A stretch of DNA of 58,498 bases, filler included, from Sphacelaria rigidula (GCA_964200075.2; 6 parts of 6 records of this genome joined end to end with filler, not necessarily neighbours in it), one strand, 5' to 3'; positions 23,211 through 36,437 are shown, counted from the first letter of the whole stretch. Notes: generated by a model from the letters alone, not told the origin. Made by a program: numbers and translations.

Positions 23211-24331
23211 ATGTCGACTTCAGAGGTACCGACGGAAGAGCCAGCGGAGACGACCGTAACCGCAGTTGTTCTGAGAGAAGAATTGCGGCCTCCCAGTTTC
23301 GGGGATTTGTATTCTGAGTGTGCTTCTCGTTCGTTTTATACGAAATACGTGGAATACAAGAATGTGAATGCGGGGGGTGCGGTAAGGCATCAGGTGGTGT
23401 CCATGGCGCAACTCGTGCCTACCCCTCTCCAACACGTTTTTGCGAGAAGATTCCATGAGAAGAAGACAACAACGCCGCTGCATTTGGCTGCAGCGATCAA
23501 AAAGCATGCAGGGCATGCGGCGGGCGCCGAGGTAGAGCTAACACAGGCGTCCGCGGCCGTGGCGAAGGCTGTCGCCATGAACCACAAGGGGAAGACCATG
23601 CGTGAGAGGATGGAGCCAACCATGGGAAAGTTGAAGACATGTTTTTCGGAAAACCCCAACGTCGAGATGGTTTATCGTTCCTCCGGTGGGAAATTCTGTC
23701 CAGGGCCCGCTGCGGTGATCACGAAAGCGATGTTGGAGGGTCTGGCACCGGCGGAATTTAAGCAGGCCGTGCTTGTGCAATTACAGCACGAAACCAATTG
23801 GAAATCAGACCCGTACTTAGTTATGGATACCGTGGTGGCTAAGGCTCAGGCATGGCGAAAGATTGACGTATTCGAGAAATCATCTACTTCGTCGCCGAAG
23901 TCTTCGAGCTTGCGTAACCGCGGATCAAAATCCGCAGGCAGCGCCGCCGCCAATATCACTTGCTTTCAGTGTGGCCAGGTAGGCCACTACGCACGCAAGT
24001 GCCAAACGCCTTCCAAGGGGAATTATGGGCAGACGAGTGCCGCGCGCCCTCGCAATCACAAAGAGGAAGAGGTAATCCGGGTGGTGGCGGAGGCGGATCC
24101 TCCAGCAGTGGAGGTGTACAGTCGAGTTCCCAGCAGCAGCAGCAGCAGCAGCAGCAGGGGCAGCGGCGTCAGCAGGGGTCCGGTTCTGGGTCCGGCTCAG
24201 CCGCAGGGGCTGCCGCTCCGCAACGGGCGGTGCAGGTGGGACCGACCACTCTAGTGTCGGGTTCGGTGCCGGCGCCGCCGGCAGCAGAGCAAGGCGAGAC
24301 GCCTGCTGCTGAGCCGGCCGGATTCAGCTGA
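23211..24331 (+). pseudogene. gag (frameshifted) with CCHC zinc knuckle
   Basis: CFQCGQVGHYARKC (CX2CX4HX4C). The G/Q-rich tail continues in another frame over a (CAG)n tract. Confidence 0.85.
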
Positions 24332-24408
24332 AATTCGGATCCGCTGCTGCGTCGGCCGGAGTACCGCTGCAACTTGGTTCTGCGGGCGGGGCTTCGTACC
24401 GGCCGGCG

Positions 24409-27400
24409 GTGCCGGTGACCCCAGCGGGGGCGTCTATGCCTGCGCCGCACGCGCAGCCGTGGCGCCAAGTGAGGATCACGACAAATCAGTCGGCGGAGCA
24501 GGTGCCGGTCGTGGATCAAGAAAAATTTATTCCTGCAGAGTTATATCTCCCAAATCAACGGGCGCGGGGAGCCATATCGGTCAACACTGTGCTGGATTCA
24601 GGCGCCTATTTCATGAGCATGTCGGTGCTATTTGTGGAGATGCTGGAGCATCTACTCCCTGGTAAGCAAATCCGCATTCCGTTCTCACTCGGGGCGCGAC
24701 AGGTATCCAGGGAGCGTGATGAGGCGGTGGAACGCTTAGTGGAGCGTGGCCCCGATATGTTTATGGAGCCGGCAGAAGAGGAGTCCGCGCGAATGGCTGC
24801 GCTGGAGGAAAGCGTGACGGATGCTGTGGCAAATGGTCTCAACGTCTCAAAAGCGGAGCGCTTGCGTGGCATATTGTATCGCCACTTTAACGCGTTCCGT
24901 CGTGCGCTGATGCGTGATCCCCCTGCGCGCGTGGAACCCGTGAGGGTTACACTGGAGCCAGGAGCGGCCGCGGTGAAGGCACAACCGAGGAGGTATGATC
25001 CGGTAACTTCCAGTTGGTTGGCTTCTTGCGTGGGAGCTCTTGTGGCGTTTGGGTTAGTGTTCAGGAATCTACAGGCGATGTGGTTCAGTCCAGCGATGGC
25101 GGTGCCAAAGAGGGACTCTTCCCATCTTGTCAGCGATTACGGAGCCGTCAATGATCAGGTGAAGAAGTCGCCGGGTGTCATGCTCAATCGGGAATGCGAT
25201 ATGATAGACCTGTTGACCGCGCGATGCTTTGGTAAGTTGGACGTCCTATAGGGGTATTGGCAGATGCCGTTGGCCGAAGAGGCGCAAGAGATGTTCACCA
25301 TCACGACTCCGTTTGGCATGTTGACCCCGCAACGAGTATCGCAAGGCGTGTTGAATGCTACTTCCTTTTTTCAAGGTATCATGAAAGACCTTTGAGATGG
25401 CTCGAAATGCAAGATCTGGGTGGATGCTGTCTTTTTCTGCGCGGATACGCAAGACGAACTGTTGGATACGCTTGACGCAATCTTGACTCGCTTAGAGAGT
25501 GTTGGTCTGTTTGCAGCTGCCCACAAGTGTACCTTTTTGCTATTGAATTAGTGTGGTGTGGGAAAGTATATTCACACGCCCGCGTCTCGCATGACCCGGT
25601 CTCCTTGCAAGGTTTGTCTGACATGCGGCGTCCAGAAACAGCAGCAGAACTAATGCAATTATTGCACGCAATGAACTGGTTGCGTACCTCGTTGCCACGT
25701 ATGGCCGAAGTAGTGGCGCCCTTGCGCGTTTTCCTAGAAGAACCCATGGTGGGGGCTGCAAGGCGCTCGAAGCGGGTGGCCAAAAACCGCTTTATTCCGC
25801 CCGCATCGTGGACGGAGGGCAGGCTGCAGGCATGGGCGGAAGCGAAGGATCTGGTGGCTCGTGCCGTGACGCTGTTCCATCCTCGCCCCGGTTGCCAGGT
25901 ACTGATGTTTTCGGATGCATCCAAGTGTCACTGGGGTAATTTTGTAATGCAGGTGCCTGATGCAGAAATGAAACAACGGTTGACGGTTGAAGAGATGACG
26001 CATGAACCGCTGGCTTTTCTTAGCGGTAATTTTAAGGGTTCACAGATGCGTTGGGCAACCATTGACAAGGAAGGTTTTGCTATCGTGAGCAATTTTCGTC
26101 GTCTCGACCATCTATCGTGGAATGGCGCGCACATTTTCACGGATCACCGAAATCTAGCGTACATTTTCGACCCGCAGGTATGCGTGACGTCTGTGCCGAA
26201 GGCGTTGGCACAGCGATTGGAGGGGTGGAAAGGTGTATTAGGCCAGTATCGGTACACGATTTGTCATATTTTGGGTGAACGTAACGCGTGGAGTGACTTG
26301 CTGTCGCGCTGGGTAAATATTCCCACTTTGCCTGCGCGCGCTGTGGCTGTGTATGGTCTGTGTGAACCTGATGACTCGATGCCGTCCAAATCTGTTGTCT
26401 GCTAAAGGCAACGAAAAGACCGTGGGGCCGAAGATGCGGATGTGCAATCTTTCGAGTCGGACGTTGATACTGCTATTTTGGACAATGAAGGTATGTTTCG
26501 TGTGCATGTGCCTGGACGAAACGTCTTGTGGATTCCGAGTTCTGACAAGCAGTTGCAGGTACGTCTGGTGATTTGCGCGCACTTACGCGACGCCGGGCAT
26601 CGTGGGGTGGCTGCGACACTCGTGCGCTTGCAAGAGTTTTGTGTCTGGCAGGGAATGGAAACTCATGTGCCGAATTTGTCCGCCAGTGTCTTCACTGTGC
26701 TGACTCGGGCGATGTTGTTCCCCGCCCGTTCGGTGAAACGGTCCATGGGACCACGCCGAATGAAGTCGTTCATTTTGACTTCTTGTACGTGCGCGAGAGT
26801 GGCCCGCTAGCTCCCCAAGGTTTGTCGGAGGATGCTGGGTTCCGATACATTTTGGTAGTCATGGATGATTTGAGCAACTTTGTGGCTCTGGAACCAGTAG
26901 CCGTGTGTACTGCTGAATCGACTGCTGCGTCTTTGCTGAAATGGTGCAAAACTTTGGGGGTGCCCCGTGTATGGGTGAGTGATATCGCCACGCATTTCAG
27001 GATTGCAATCTTGGCCCGATTGCAAGAGGCTTCGCGCGTTGATCACCGGTTTGCGGTGGCGTATTCTCCGTGGTCTAACGGTACGTGCGAACGCATTGTC
27101 AAGGGAGTAGTTAGCGCTCTTCGATCTATTCTTCTCGAGCAAGGGAGTAGTTCGTGCTCTTCGATCTATTCTTCTCGAGCAGCGTCGAGAGGTGACCGAG
27201 TGGGTGGACGTGTTACCCGCTGCGCAATGGGTGCTGAATACAGTACATCGCCGTCGGTACGATAGTACGCCGTACCACGTGATGTTTGGTCGTGCTCCTC
27301 GGACGTCTTTCTCGGTGTTGGCGTCCACATCGGCGGGGGAGTGGAACTGTGCTGTCTTAGACGATGCGCAACTGAAGCGTGCGTTGCAAGGAGTCTTGGC

Positions 27401-27968
27401 GTTGCAGGAAAGTTCCCACGTTCGAGTGCAGGAGCGTGTTGCCGCTGAACGTGCGCGTAGACTTGAGGGGTCTTCGTCGGGGCTGGAATAGCCGAATTTC
27501 GAGGTAGACGATTATGTTTTGTATGCACGCGTGCGTCGCCCGGGAGTTACGCCTAAATTGATGGCGACGTGGACTGGTCCGTGGAGAGTGGTTGATGCTC
27601 ATCACCCGCGTGTGTTCGAGATCCAAAACATTGTTTCGGGTCGTGTTCAGAGCGCCCATGTAGCTCGTCTGCATTTTTATGCAGACTCACAGCTTAATGT
27701 AACGGCAGACGTAAAGGATGTGTTTCAGCACGCTTTCAACCAGGGGCAATTTCAGATGGCTGGGATTGCTCGCGTGGCAGAGGCAGAGGATCGTTCGTTG
27801 ATCGTATTGGTCAACTGGGTAGGTTTTGAAGTCGAAGAGCGTACGTGGGAGCCTTTTGGAAAAAAAAATCAAGCCGCTCCGGAATTTCTCAAGAAGAAGT
27901 TGCGTAAGGTGCGAGTGACTCGTTCCATTACTGCTCGCATTACGCGTGAGTTTGGGATTCGGTTGTGA
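24409..27968 (+). pseudogene. pol: aspartic protease, RT, RNase H, integrase, chromodomain (disrupted)
   Basis: VLDSGA; KLDVL*GYWQ; QGVLNATSFFQ; KIWVDAV; FSDASK; WATIDKEGFAI; FTDHRNL; GHRG...CLHC; VHFDF; WVSD; YSPWSNGTCER; TWTGPWRV; VLVNWVGFEVEERTWEP. Several stops and frameshifts. Confidence 0.95.
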
Positions 27969-28047
27969 CTTGCTCAATCGTTCTGGCGTTATTTTCCTGA
28001 GTGTCAAGCTTGTTGCTCGATTCTCGTTCAACGCGCTGCGGGGGTGC

Positions 28048-28300
28048 TGTGACGAAATCACGCCTCACATTGAGTATATAGTGATATTATGGATGATGAC
28101 TTGAGGTCTGTAGCGATGATATGGATGATGACATGAACACAGGGGTGATGCCCTGATGTGGTTTATGGAGTCGCCTGGGTGACACTCCGGGATAATAAAA
28201 GGTGTTGTGAAGGCTAACGACTGAAACCTGATGTCAGTGGATCTGGGGGGTCCCTCAACAGCATTAGACGCTGCAGTACTAGCAACCTGCTGGCGTCACA
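28048..28300 (+). repeat. 3' LTR
   Basis: TGTGACG...CGTCACA with a perfect 7-bp terminal inverted repeat, preceded by a short G tract. Confidence 0.95.
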
Positions 28301-28560
28301 GATCTCAACGTTAGTGAATTACACCGTCTACCATCCCTGAAAGTGTAGGTTACCGTTTTCCTAACTTGGTAGATTGACGATGAAGTGTGCTTGTTGTCAT
28401 ATCGGGTGGATGGCTTGATTGCATGATGATGTCGTGAGGTGACCGACGTTGGGACCTTTTTACAAGGACGTACCGTTCCCAACGTTGGAGTATTACACTA
28501 TTCGCTTTCCCTTGAAGTGTAGGTTGATGTTCCCTAGCTTGGTTGGTTGACGCGTAGGTA
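28301..28560. repeat. 187-bp tandem repeat, right part
   Basis: gatctcaacgttagtgaatt...ccctgaaagtgtaggttaccgttttcctaacttgg matches 22469-22600. A third, more degenerate unit follows. Confidence 0.85.
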
Positions 28561-29201
28561 TCTCGACTGCATGTGCACGATCCACCCTTCTTTGGAGTGT
28601 AGGTTGAATTTCTCTTACTTAGTTGACGGCGGAATGTATTCTCGGTACCTGGCTATCTGCGGATGGACCCATCTTTTCGGCGCTAGGGTCATCTTTACAT
28701 GAAAAGTCGACCCAGTCCAATGTGTTCCATTTTTTCGTCACCTGTGGAGTGTGGGGCACGGGGCACCGTTTCCAGCTAGCATGGTTGCTGACAAGTCATG
28801 AAGATCGTCTCCGTACGTGCAGTGCAGGTAGGACGCTACACCCCTGGCTTGATTGTACAGATGATATCGACATTTAGTTATCTCAGTCGAGTACAGCAGT
28901 ACCATGTGATTGATGACGACCAGTTGAATCTCATGACATATACTCCGTAGAGTTAAAATTCTTGGGTTGATGATACTGCTTGATCCTTCACTCTTACAGA
29001 GTGGAGAGAGGCACTTTCCTCGTGGACTTGCTGGACTGTCCCTTGATCTCGAGTCCCAAAAAGGTGGAAACATGAGAGGTGTCAAAGTGCGTTTGATAGC
29101 GGCTTGGGGCATTGACGGTTAATTAACTTGGGGGGGGGGGGGGGGGGGGGTCTTCTTTTTTTTTTTTGTTTGTTGTTTTTACCATTGCACACCCACTCTT
29201 T

Positions 29202-29301
29202 NNNNNNNNNNNNNNNNNNNNNNNNNNNNNNNNNNNNNNNNNNNNTTAATTAATTAANNNNNNNNNNNNNNNNNNNNNNNNNNNNNNNNNNNNNNNNNNN
29301 N
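29202..29301. other. Artificial contig spacer
   Basis: Same 100-bp pad. Confidence 0.98.
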
Positions 29302-31571
29302 GGGTCGACTGGCGTTTTCATAGAAGAAGCCTGCGGGAGGCGGGGGGGGGGGGGGGGGGGAGGCGCAACACAGCGATAGATAGCCCTTTGAAGGTTTTTG
29401 ACGAGATACGTAATACCAACTGTAGACAGAATGCCTACCCAATCTGTTGCAAAAGTCGTCGCGTGCCATGTCGTTGTCTACTACTCCGGGTCCTCCACGA
29501 CGCACGACACACGAGCCCCCCCTTCCTGCCTCGCCTCCACCATTCCCCCTCAAAAACCACCGTGTGCTATTATTTTGTCCCTGCCAGAGTGAGGGAGAGG
29601 CACATACTGACCGGCCTGAGCGCGAACGAAGCATGTGCCAGGGTTGAGGGCAACGATCTACCGAACGCCGAATTTATACAAGACCATATCGCTTGGGAGG
29701 AGGTCGACCTCATCGTCGATAGTCTCTGAGCGTTTTAAAATACCTGTAAGAAGGGGAGCCGAGGACGACACGAGTAGGTTGTCTATCGCCGCTCTGGTGG
29801 TCGATGCACCCTCCTTAGTTGACTGATTGGATGATTGATTCATTGATGCATTGATTCATTGATTGATTGTCACACTTTATTCGTATGTCTCTCTCTATGG
29901 AGGAGTACATACGTATGTTCTATAGTATTACAGTAACACGCCACAAAGAGTTGACATTGTGACTAGCTCGTGCGGTATTGTTTCTCAGTATCGTTTCAAC
30001 GGCCGGCCGTTGTTTATTCTTTTTCTTTAAATGGCGCCCTGCGCAATACTGCTCACATGCCTGTAGCGAAAGAGTGTTTTATTTACCGGGTTTCGTGTGA
30101 ACGGGGGTCATTTTAGTATAGTCATCACATTGCCCATTAGTTCTACCGCAATCGGTGAGTGTGGTGAGTGCGCATACGAATATCCACGAAAATAGCGATC
30201 ACGCCACGAGTTCAGATAGCGCTTGAGAGTAGAGAAAAATGAGTCACCAGGTTATCTGAAAGCGCCGTCTACTCGATATCTTGGCAAAAATGTGGCTCAA
30301 CTAGGATGCGCTCGTTGATTATCTGGCCCCGCGAGACGTTCGCTTTTTTATGCTGTCCGGTGCTGGAATATGGTCACGTTGAGAGATGGTCACGCGAAAT
30401 TCTCAGAAGTTTTCGCCGTCCGGTTCCAAACTATTGTGCAGTTGAGAGATGTGCCAGGATTTCAGTGATTGTCACAGGATTTTCTCTCTTCTTTTTTCTG
30501 AAGATAGGCCACGCAAGTGCTTGCCTTGCTCGCAAAGGGGCTTCAAAACATTATTATATTTTATGCTTTTCCCAGTGTCTAGACACCGGGTGTAAGGGTG
30601 TGGGAACTGAGAGTTCACAACTGGGTTCATGTGTAAATGTGTATATGTGTGGGTTATGATGTCTGTCACGCTGTCCCGTTAGGTCAACTGTTTGCCTGGA
30701 ATATGGCCAAGTGCTGCCAATCACACCCAGAAACGCTACGATTCCACACTGATATTCCAAAATTGAGGTTACATTCTGCACTATACGTGATACACGACCG
30801 TGGGAATGGGGCGCGCACGATGGGACACACAAAAGCAACGCACCTGAAAGAACAGCGGTGAGCTTGTCCCAGTCACAAACCTCAGCTACCAGCATCTACG
30901 GCGAGACTAGTTCGTTCTCTGTTTCAGTCACGACTTGTGTGCGCCGTCTGTACAGATTCTTGGTTGAAAAGTGGACAGGATTTGGCGATGCGAGGGGCTG
31001 CTGTGCTCGTATTCCATGTGTCTCAGTTGTTGAACGCATTTCGTTTCCTAATAGTCTCGATGATTTGACTGACTGAGAGGCTGGTCAGGGATCTTGATCT
31101 CTTTGTACGCTGCTTTCGAGTCCACAGAGCTTGTGAGGGCAAATCTGACAGCTCCGCTTCAGATTCAGTGGCACATCAACGATCAGGGTGGATAACCGCA
31201 GATCCCCATCCCGCCTCATTCGGTATTCTTAGCAAAATCTGCTTTCCGTCGAGGTATGGGAAAAGCAGCAAACGAAAAATAATCTAAAGTCGACGGGATA
31301 CAGTAGTGCTGGAAAACCCGAGGGTCGATAACGAAGTCAGGCGGGTACGTGGCGGGGGGAAGGCATGATGATTCCTAGAGACTACGAATTCGTCCCAAGG
31401 AGTGGGGAGGGGAGAGACGAAGGATGTCAAGAACCACAACAAGAGGCGGGGGGAGTGTGTCCAGCTTGTGTAATGCGGGAAGCAATGCCGGCTATAATCC
31501 TGAGAATGTCCGAGAAGAACTGGTTACCATAGAGGCCGTTCGTAGATACGATCCAAAGAATGTAGTCTCAA

Positions 31572-31671
31572 CCCTTAGGCCGCGAGGTTAGTCTTCTGTT
31601 GAATCGGCATCAATTTCAAGTGAAAAAGAGTATGCATGATCCAGAAAGACTAAATCTCGCGGTCTAAGGGG
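31572..31671. mobile_element. Short piggyBac-type MITE
   Basis: ~27-bp imperfect TIRs (cccttaggccgcgaggttagtc / gactaaatctcgcggtctaaggg) flanked by TCAA and TTAA. Confidence 0.75.
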
Positions 31672-33114
31672 TTAAGTAAACCACCACATACGTAAAACGC
31701 TGTTTTCTCCTTCTCAAATCGGCACGCTTCATCCTGATTGTCGCATGGCTGCTCGTTATCTACGCCCACGTGATTGCACGTCGAATTTTCGCCGTGCGAC
31801 GCTGCACCACCATCATCACATTCGGCTACAGACTGACACGCACACGCAACCCGCACCGAAGATGTCTCGCTCGCAGCCCAATTCACATCATTTACAGTGG
31901 AACTGAAATCATTCACATTACTCGTGCCATCTCCTGCAACATCAGTGTCATCTTCCACAGCCGAATAGGATGCACTATCGGTGGGTTCTTTGTTGGTCCC
32001 GTGGCTAGCGGTCAAATATTTTTGATACATCCATCGCTCTGAGGTGCCATAGGTGAAGTAGAGCCAAATCCGAACCTGAGAATTACCTCAAACCTCAAAC
32101 AAAATCACCCATCAGGGCTCATCTACGTTGATACCCGTTCAAGAAATGGAAAGGAGGGCATGGGGCAGGGAAATGTGTAGCTCATTGGTTTTCTCCATTT
32201 CACGGTGAAGAGTTCGGCGACATTTTTTCACTCAGTGAAAAAATGTGAATCCAGCCGAAGTTGGTCATGGGTGAGACGTCGTGATCGTCATAACGAGCGC
32301 TCGTCGACTACTTGATGGCGGTGGGTCGGGCAGCAGCTGTATACAGTGGTATCGGTGCGGCATTTGTGCTTTATGGCACTCATTGCTGAGGGAGTCCGGT
32401 GTACATGCTGTCTGTTCGGTGAAATGTGCAGGACGGAGTGTCGCGTGGAGGGTGAGGGGGGGGGTGATCGGTTTGCCTTGAGCGATGCTTCTTGGAAAGG
32501 GAGGATCATCTTCGGTGTGCACAACACACATATACGCAGACTTCTTGTCATGTGGGGCCAAAATCGGCAATTTTTGGACAGAGGAATGTGACGCCCGAAG
32601 AACGTGAAGTCAAACAAGCAAATGTACGTTGCTGGTGTTGGGTTACTTTACAGTACAGTTTTGATGTGGCGGACTTCCCGAACGTTTTCCAGCTCTGCTG
32701 TGCAGCCTTCTGCTTGTTTCCGCAGAAGAAGACAAGTAGCTCCCTGAAATACGATTCTCGGGAATCACCACAGATACCCATTCACATCCACGTTTTTTCG
32801 CATCAGGAACGAACTACGATTACCACGCCATAGAGTGCGCACCATAACAGGTGACAATTTACTAGGTACGCCCCTGGTTTGTAAGCGTGAACTGCACACC
32901 AAACCTCTCAACCAGCGCTGGCTGGGTGGCGTGTGTTGTAGATAGCTCTCGAAGTAACAGCCTTGGGGCGCGATCGCTCTCCGGTTTTAACTCCGAGGCT
33001 CTATTTTCCTCCCACCCCTCCCCAGTTTTCTATCCGACAGTATCCAAGGCCTGTACTGGCTAACATTTGCGACTTTTCCCGAAAGTCTCGTTCGGCGTAA
33101 AGAAGGAATCGATG

Positions 33115-33190
33115 TCACAAGCCGCGGGATTCGAACTCGTCACCTCTTCGCGCCTTACAAGGATATACCGACTATGTTTCTCTATCCGCC
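33115..33190 (-). repeat. Degenerate tRNA-like SINE head
   Basis: The minus strand has the B-box-like gagttcgaatcccg. The A box is not clear. Confidence 0.35.
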
Positions 33191-34729
33191 GGACGACATT
33201 TCCGGGAGATTTCAATATGTCAGCTAATTTAGAGCACCTTAAGCATAGAGTGCGGACGCGGGGCGAAGGAAGAGAGAGAGAGCCTCTCTAAGTCGCAGCC
33301 GGAGAGCCTGTGGGCTCGGAAGTACATCTTGTGTTCGCTACAATCAAGGACCCAATACATTATTCAGTCAGCGTAGATCAATCAGTCAGCGCTGACTGAA
33401 CGATAGTTTGTAGACGGCCATGTGCGCTAATGAAATGAAGCAATGATGGCACATTGTTCAACACGAAGTGGCGCCAGGCCTCCTTTCGGAACAGCATCGT
33501 CGGCTACCTTCGAGGCCGGAAAATCCTCCCCAAACAGTGTAGCAGAGCGGCTCGTGTCTACTTTCGACCAGCTCCTGTTTGCTTGCGAGAAATGTCTGCG
33601 AACACTACTGCCCAATGATAATTCGTACCATCCATCCTATTACAAAGCATACCGTATATTCCTGGGCCCCTAATCCCCAACAACTCAAGCAACACTTTTG
33701 GAAATCAAAGCGGTAAACATCACCATTTTTTCAGCGGTCAATCCACGGTTGATGTCTCACACTCAAGGGGTCCATGCTCAAAGCATCATGGGGTGCTCAT
33801 CTATGATGTCGGCATTGAATTTACTCGTCAAGTGACTGCCGGACACAGCTGCCCATCGCCCATCCGTGGACGATCAAATGCTTAGCGGTAAATGGCACGC
33901 TCTACAGCCAGTCTCGCACTAGACCCACTCCTGCTAGAGATGGCCGGCCGTCCTCCGGGCGGTCCTGCACGAATGCGTTCGAATCGCCTGCCAAAAAAAG
34001 CAGTCAGAGAAGGGCCCGAGTGTTTTTTCACAAATCAGCGCCGTGGTATCAATACGCACCAACATGCATATCGCAATATGAAAAGTGCTGTGACACTACC
34101 CGAAGCACTTTTACCTGGCCTGCTTTGGAGCACATGCGGCCGGTTGGTTGAAGTGTAACAAAACTGCGCTTATCAAATCTGTGCTTCAGACCTAGCAGCG
34201 ATGAAGAGATGTGAGAGAGGGAAGAAAAAGAAGGAAAACTCAAGCACAAGGTAGGAAAGATACAGAATTCATGCATTTGCCTTTCAAACTGCCAACCCCT
34301 TATGAAACGTCCACCATGAACATGTCAGAAGAAGCAAAAGGCTACGACTTGACCCCTTTGGCGCCGGAAACGTCCATTTGTGGAATCGGCACCATTTTCA
34401 TCCCTTGATGCCAATTCCACAAATGGACACCCGCGGCGCCAAAAGGCGTTGGCGCAAGCATGCACGGTTCGGACGAATCAAAATTCATACAGGTTGACTC
34501 TCCATGAGTGTTGAATGCGAATCATGTACCAAAAAGTCATCCGGTATGAATCACGGATCGTGAAATGGTGCGTTCAAGGTTATACCGCACGAACGCCGAC
34601 CTGAGAATGTGTACACTCCAAGTAGTGTCACGAATCAAGAGGGCAAAATGTGTATGGATCATAATATTCTGTATGAATAATTTGTGGAAAACATATACAT
34701 TTGATTCATCTCGTATGAATCGAAGGTGG

Positions 34730-35030
34730 GGAATACTAACGTATGATCTAAGCTGCATAAATAAAAAAAATGAGAAACGCGTACGCTTTTTTCCAACTTG
34801 TATGATAAGGTGAGGACCATGTACCTATGATTCATGCCGCATGAATGAAGGGGGAGCTACGTGTACGCTTGCTTCAACTCGTGTGAATGGAGGGTGGGAA
34901 ATATCTGCCCATGATTCATGCCGCACGAGTGCGGAATGGGAAACATGTACATGAATGACTTAATTCATGCTGCATGAATCAAGGGTAGAAATACACTATG
35001 TCCCAATGATTCGTGCCAGATGAGTGGTGG
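34730..35030. repeat. ~42-bp unit array, copy 1 (degenerate)
   Basis: Repeated tgattcatgccgcatgaat...gggaaacatgtac units, same family as 36144-36437. Confidence 0.75.
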
Positions 35031-35699
35031 GTTTCGTGCTGCCAGTGTCTGTTGTCTGCTATACAGATTGCACAGTACTATGCCGTGCTGTACTGTACCA
35101 AACCGTACTGTTCAGCCCTGCGCTGTCCGCTGACTGCAGTGAGCGCTGCCCGGGCGTTCCCGAAAATTCACGCGAACATGCGGGGACTACTTTTGCAGTA
35201 CTGGTGCTGTATCGAACTATCCGCGGACTACACTGTACGCCGCCGGATTCTTTCTCCGAAAACTCCCGCGAACATGCGGGGACGACTCGTGCCGGTGCTG
35301 TCTTCTTACAAGGTGTTCGTGATTTCCTATACAATATATCAAGGCCAACTGTACCGCAGCCCAAAACATGAAGCCACAAATGAAACGACACAGGCTGTGT
35401 CAGTAGCAAAGCGCGGGAAAACAAATGGCTATTGTAGGAGAACCGCTCTGAGCACGCAGATGCGTGTGCTGTACCGTTGAATATATTTGATGTATGTGCT
35501 GTGCTGCGTGCCAGTACGATGTGTGAAATCTGGTTTATTGCGGATTTGGCCCCTCAGGGGTTCGCGACCTGTACGATCCTATTTCCCTACCCTACCCGCA
35601 AAAAAGGCCGCACCACCGAATAGTCGCGAACCATGAAATAACAGGTGGGAAACAACATACTCTTGATTTAGGTCATGTGGCCATAAGGTCGGGAACATT

Positions 35700-36075
35700 G
35701 GTTGATTGATTGATTGCCGTACTTCAACCAACCCTCCAGGGATTTAGCCCTGGTCACATGAAGATGCACCCCAGGCAAAACAAAACTAAAGCACCTCGCT
35801 GAAGAAAACAAAAAAACAAAAAAAGGTAGAAGATAACAATAGAGTGACTACGGGGGGGGGGCGTACTCATTTTTTGCTTGCCTTAGTCGTTTGACCATTG
35901 ACCACGCATCCCTTTCGAGACGGAGCACCGTTCCTACTCCTAATAGAGACACCTCCAACATTCTGGCGCTCATTACTACGGGGAGGGGCAGGGAAATGGC
36001 CGGCCGTTGCCACATGCCTTCGGCGGAAAAGATTTTACGCAGAACCGCACTCACAAACAGTCGTGAAAAGCGGCT
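35700..36075 (+). repeat. Family R1 copy, interrupted by a LINE 3' end
   Basis: tgattgattgcc...cagggatttagccctggtcacatga...A-rich...aaatggccggccgttgccacatgccttcggcgg. Confidence 0.7.
35847..35988 (-). mobile_element. LINE 3' end (copy B) with TSD
   Basis: Terminal ~115 bp of the LINE. Flanks are actacggggggggg (35847) and actacggggagggg (35975). Confidence 0.88.
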
Positions 36076-36143
36076 CATGTACTACGACCGCACTATCTGG
36101 GGTATAAACCTTCGCATCCATGGACAAACACAGTATGTACGAA

Positions 36144-36437
36144 TGATTCATGGCGTATGAATGAAAAGTGGGAGACATGCACGTATGATTCAGGCTGCGT
36201 GAATGAAAATCGGGGAACATGTACGCTTAATTCACCTCGTACGAAAGGAAGGTGGGAAACATGTACCTATGATTCATCTTGCATGCATGGAAGGGGAGAA
36301 ACAGGTACCTCTGATTCATGGCGTATGAATGGAAGGTGGGGAACATGTGCCTATGATCCATGCTGCATGCATGAAACTTGGAAAACACGCACCCGTGATT
36401 CATACCGTACGAATCGAATGTAGGAAATGTGTACATT
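36144..36437. repeat. 42-bp period array, 7 units
   Basis: tgattca-like cores at 36144, 36186, 36228, 36270, 36312, 36354 and 36396. Confidence 0.9.

Larger units (their letters stand above)
22660..28300 (+). mobile_element. Structurally complete, decayed Ty3/Gypsy LTR retrotransposon with chromodomain
   Basis: Two ~253-bp LTRs, a 4-bp TSD GATC (22656-22659 and 28301-28304), and the order gag-PR-RT-RH-IN-chromodomain. Confidence 0.97.

Noticed and set aside
29598..29729. Possible exon after tattttgtccctgccag
   Set aside because: It is short, unrecognised and has no partner exons, so the evidence is insufficient.
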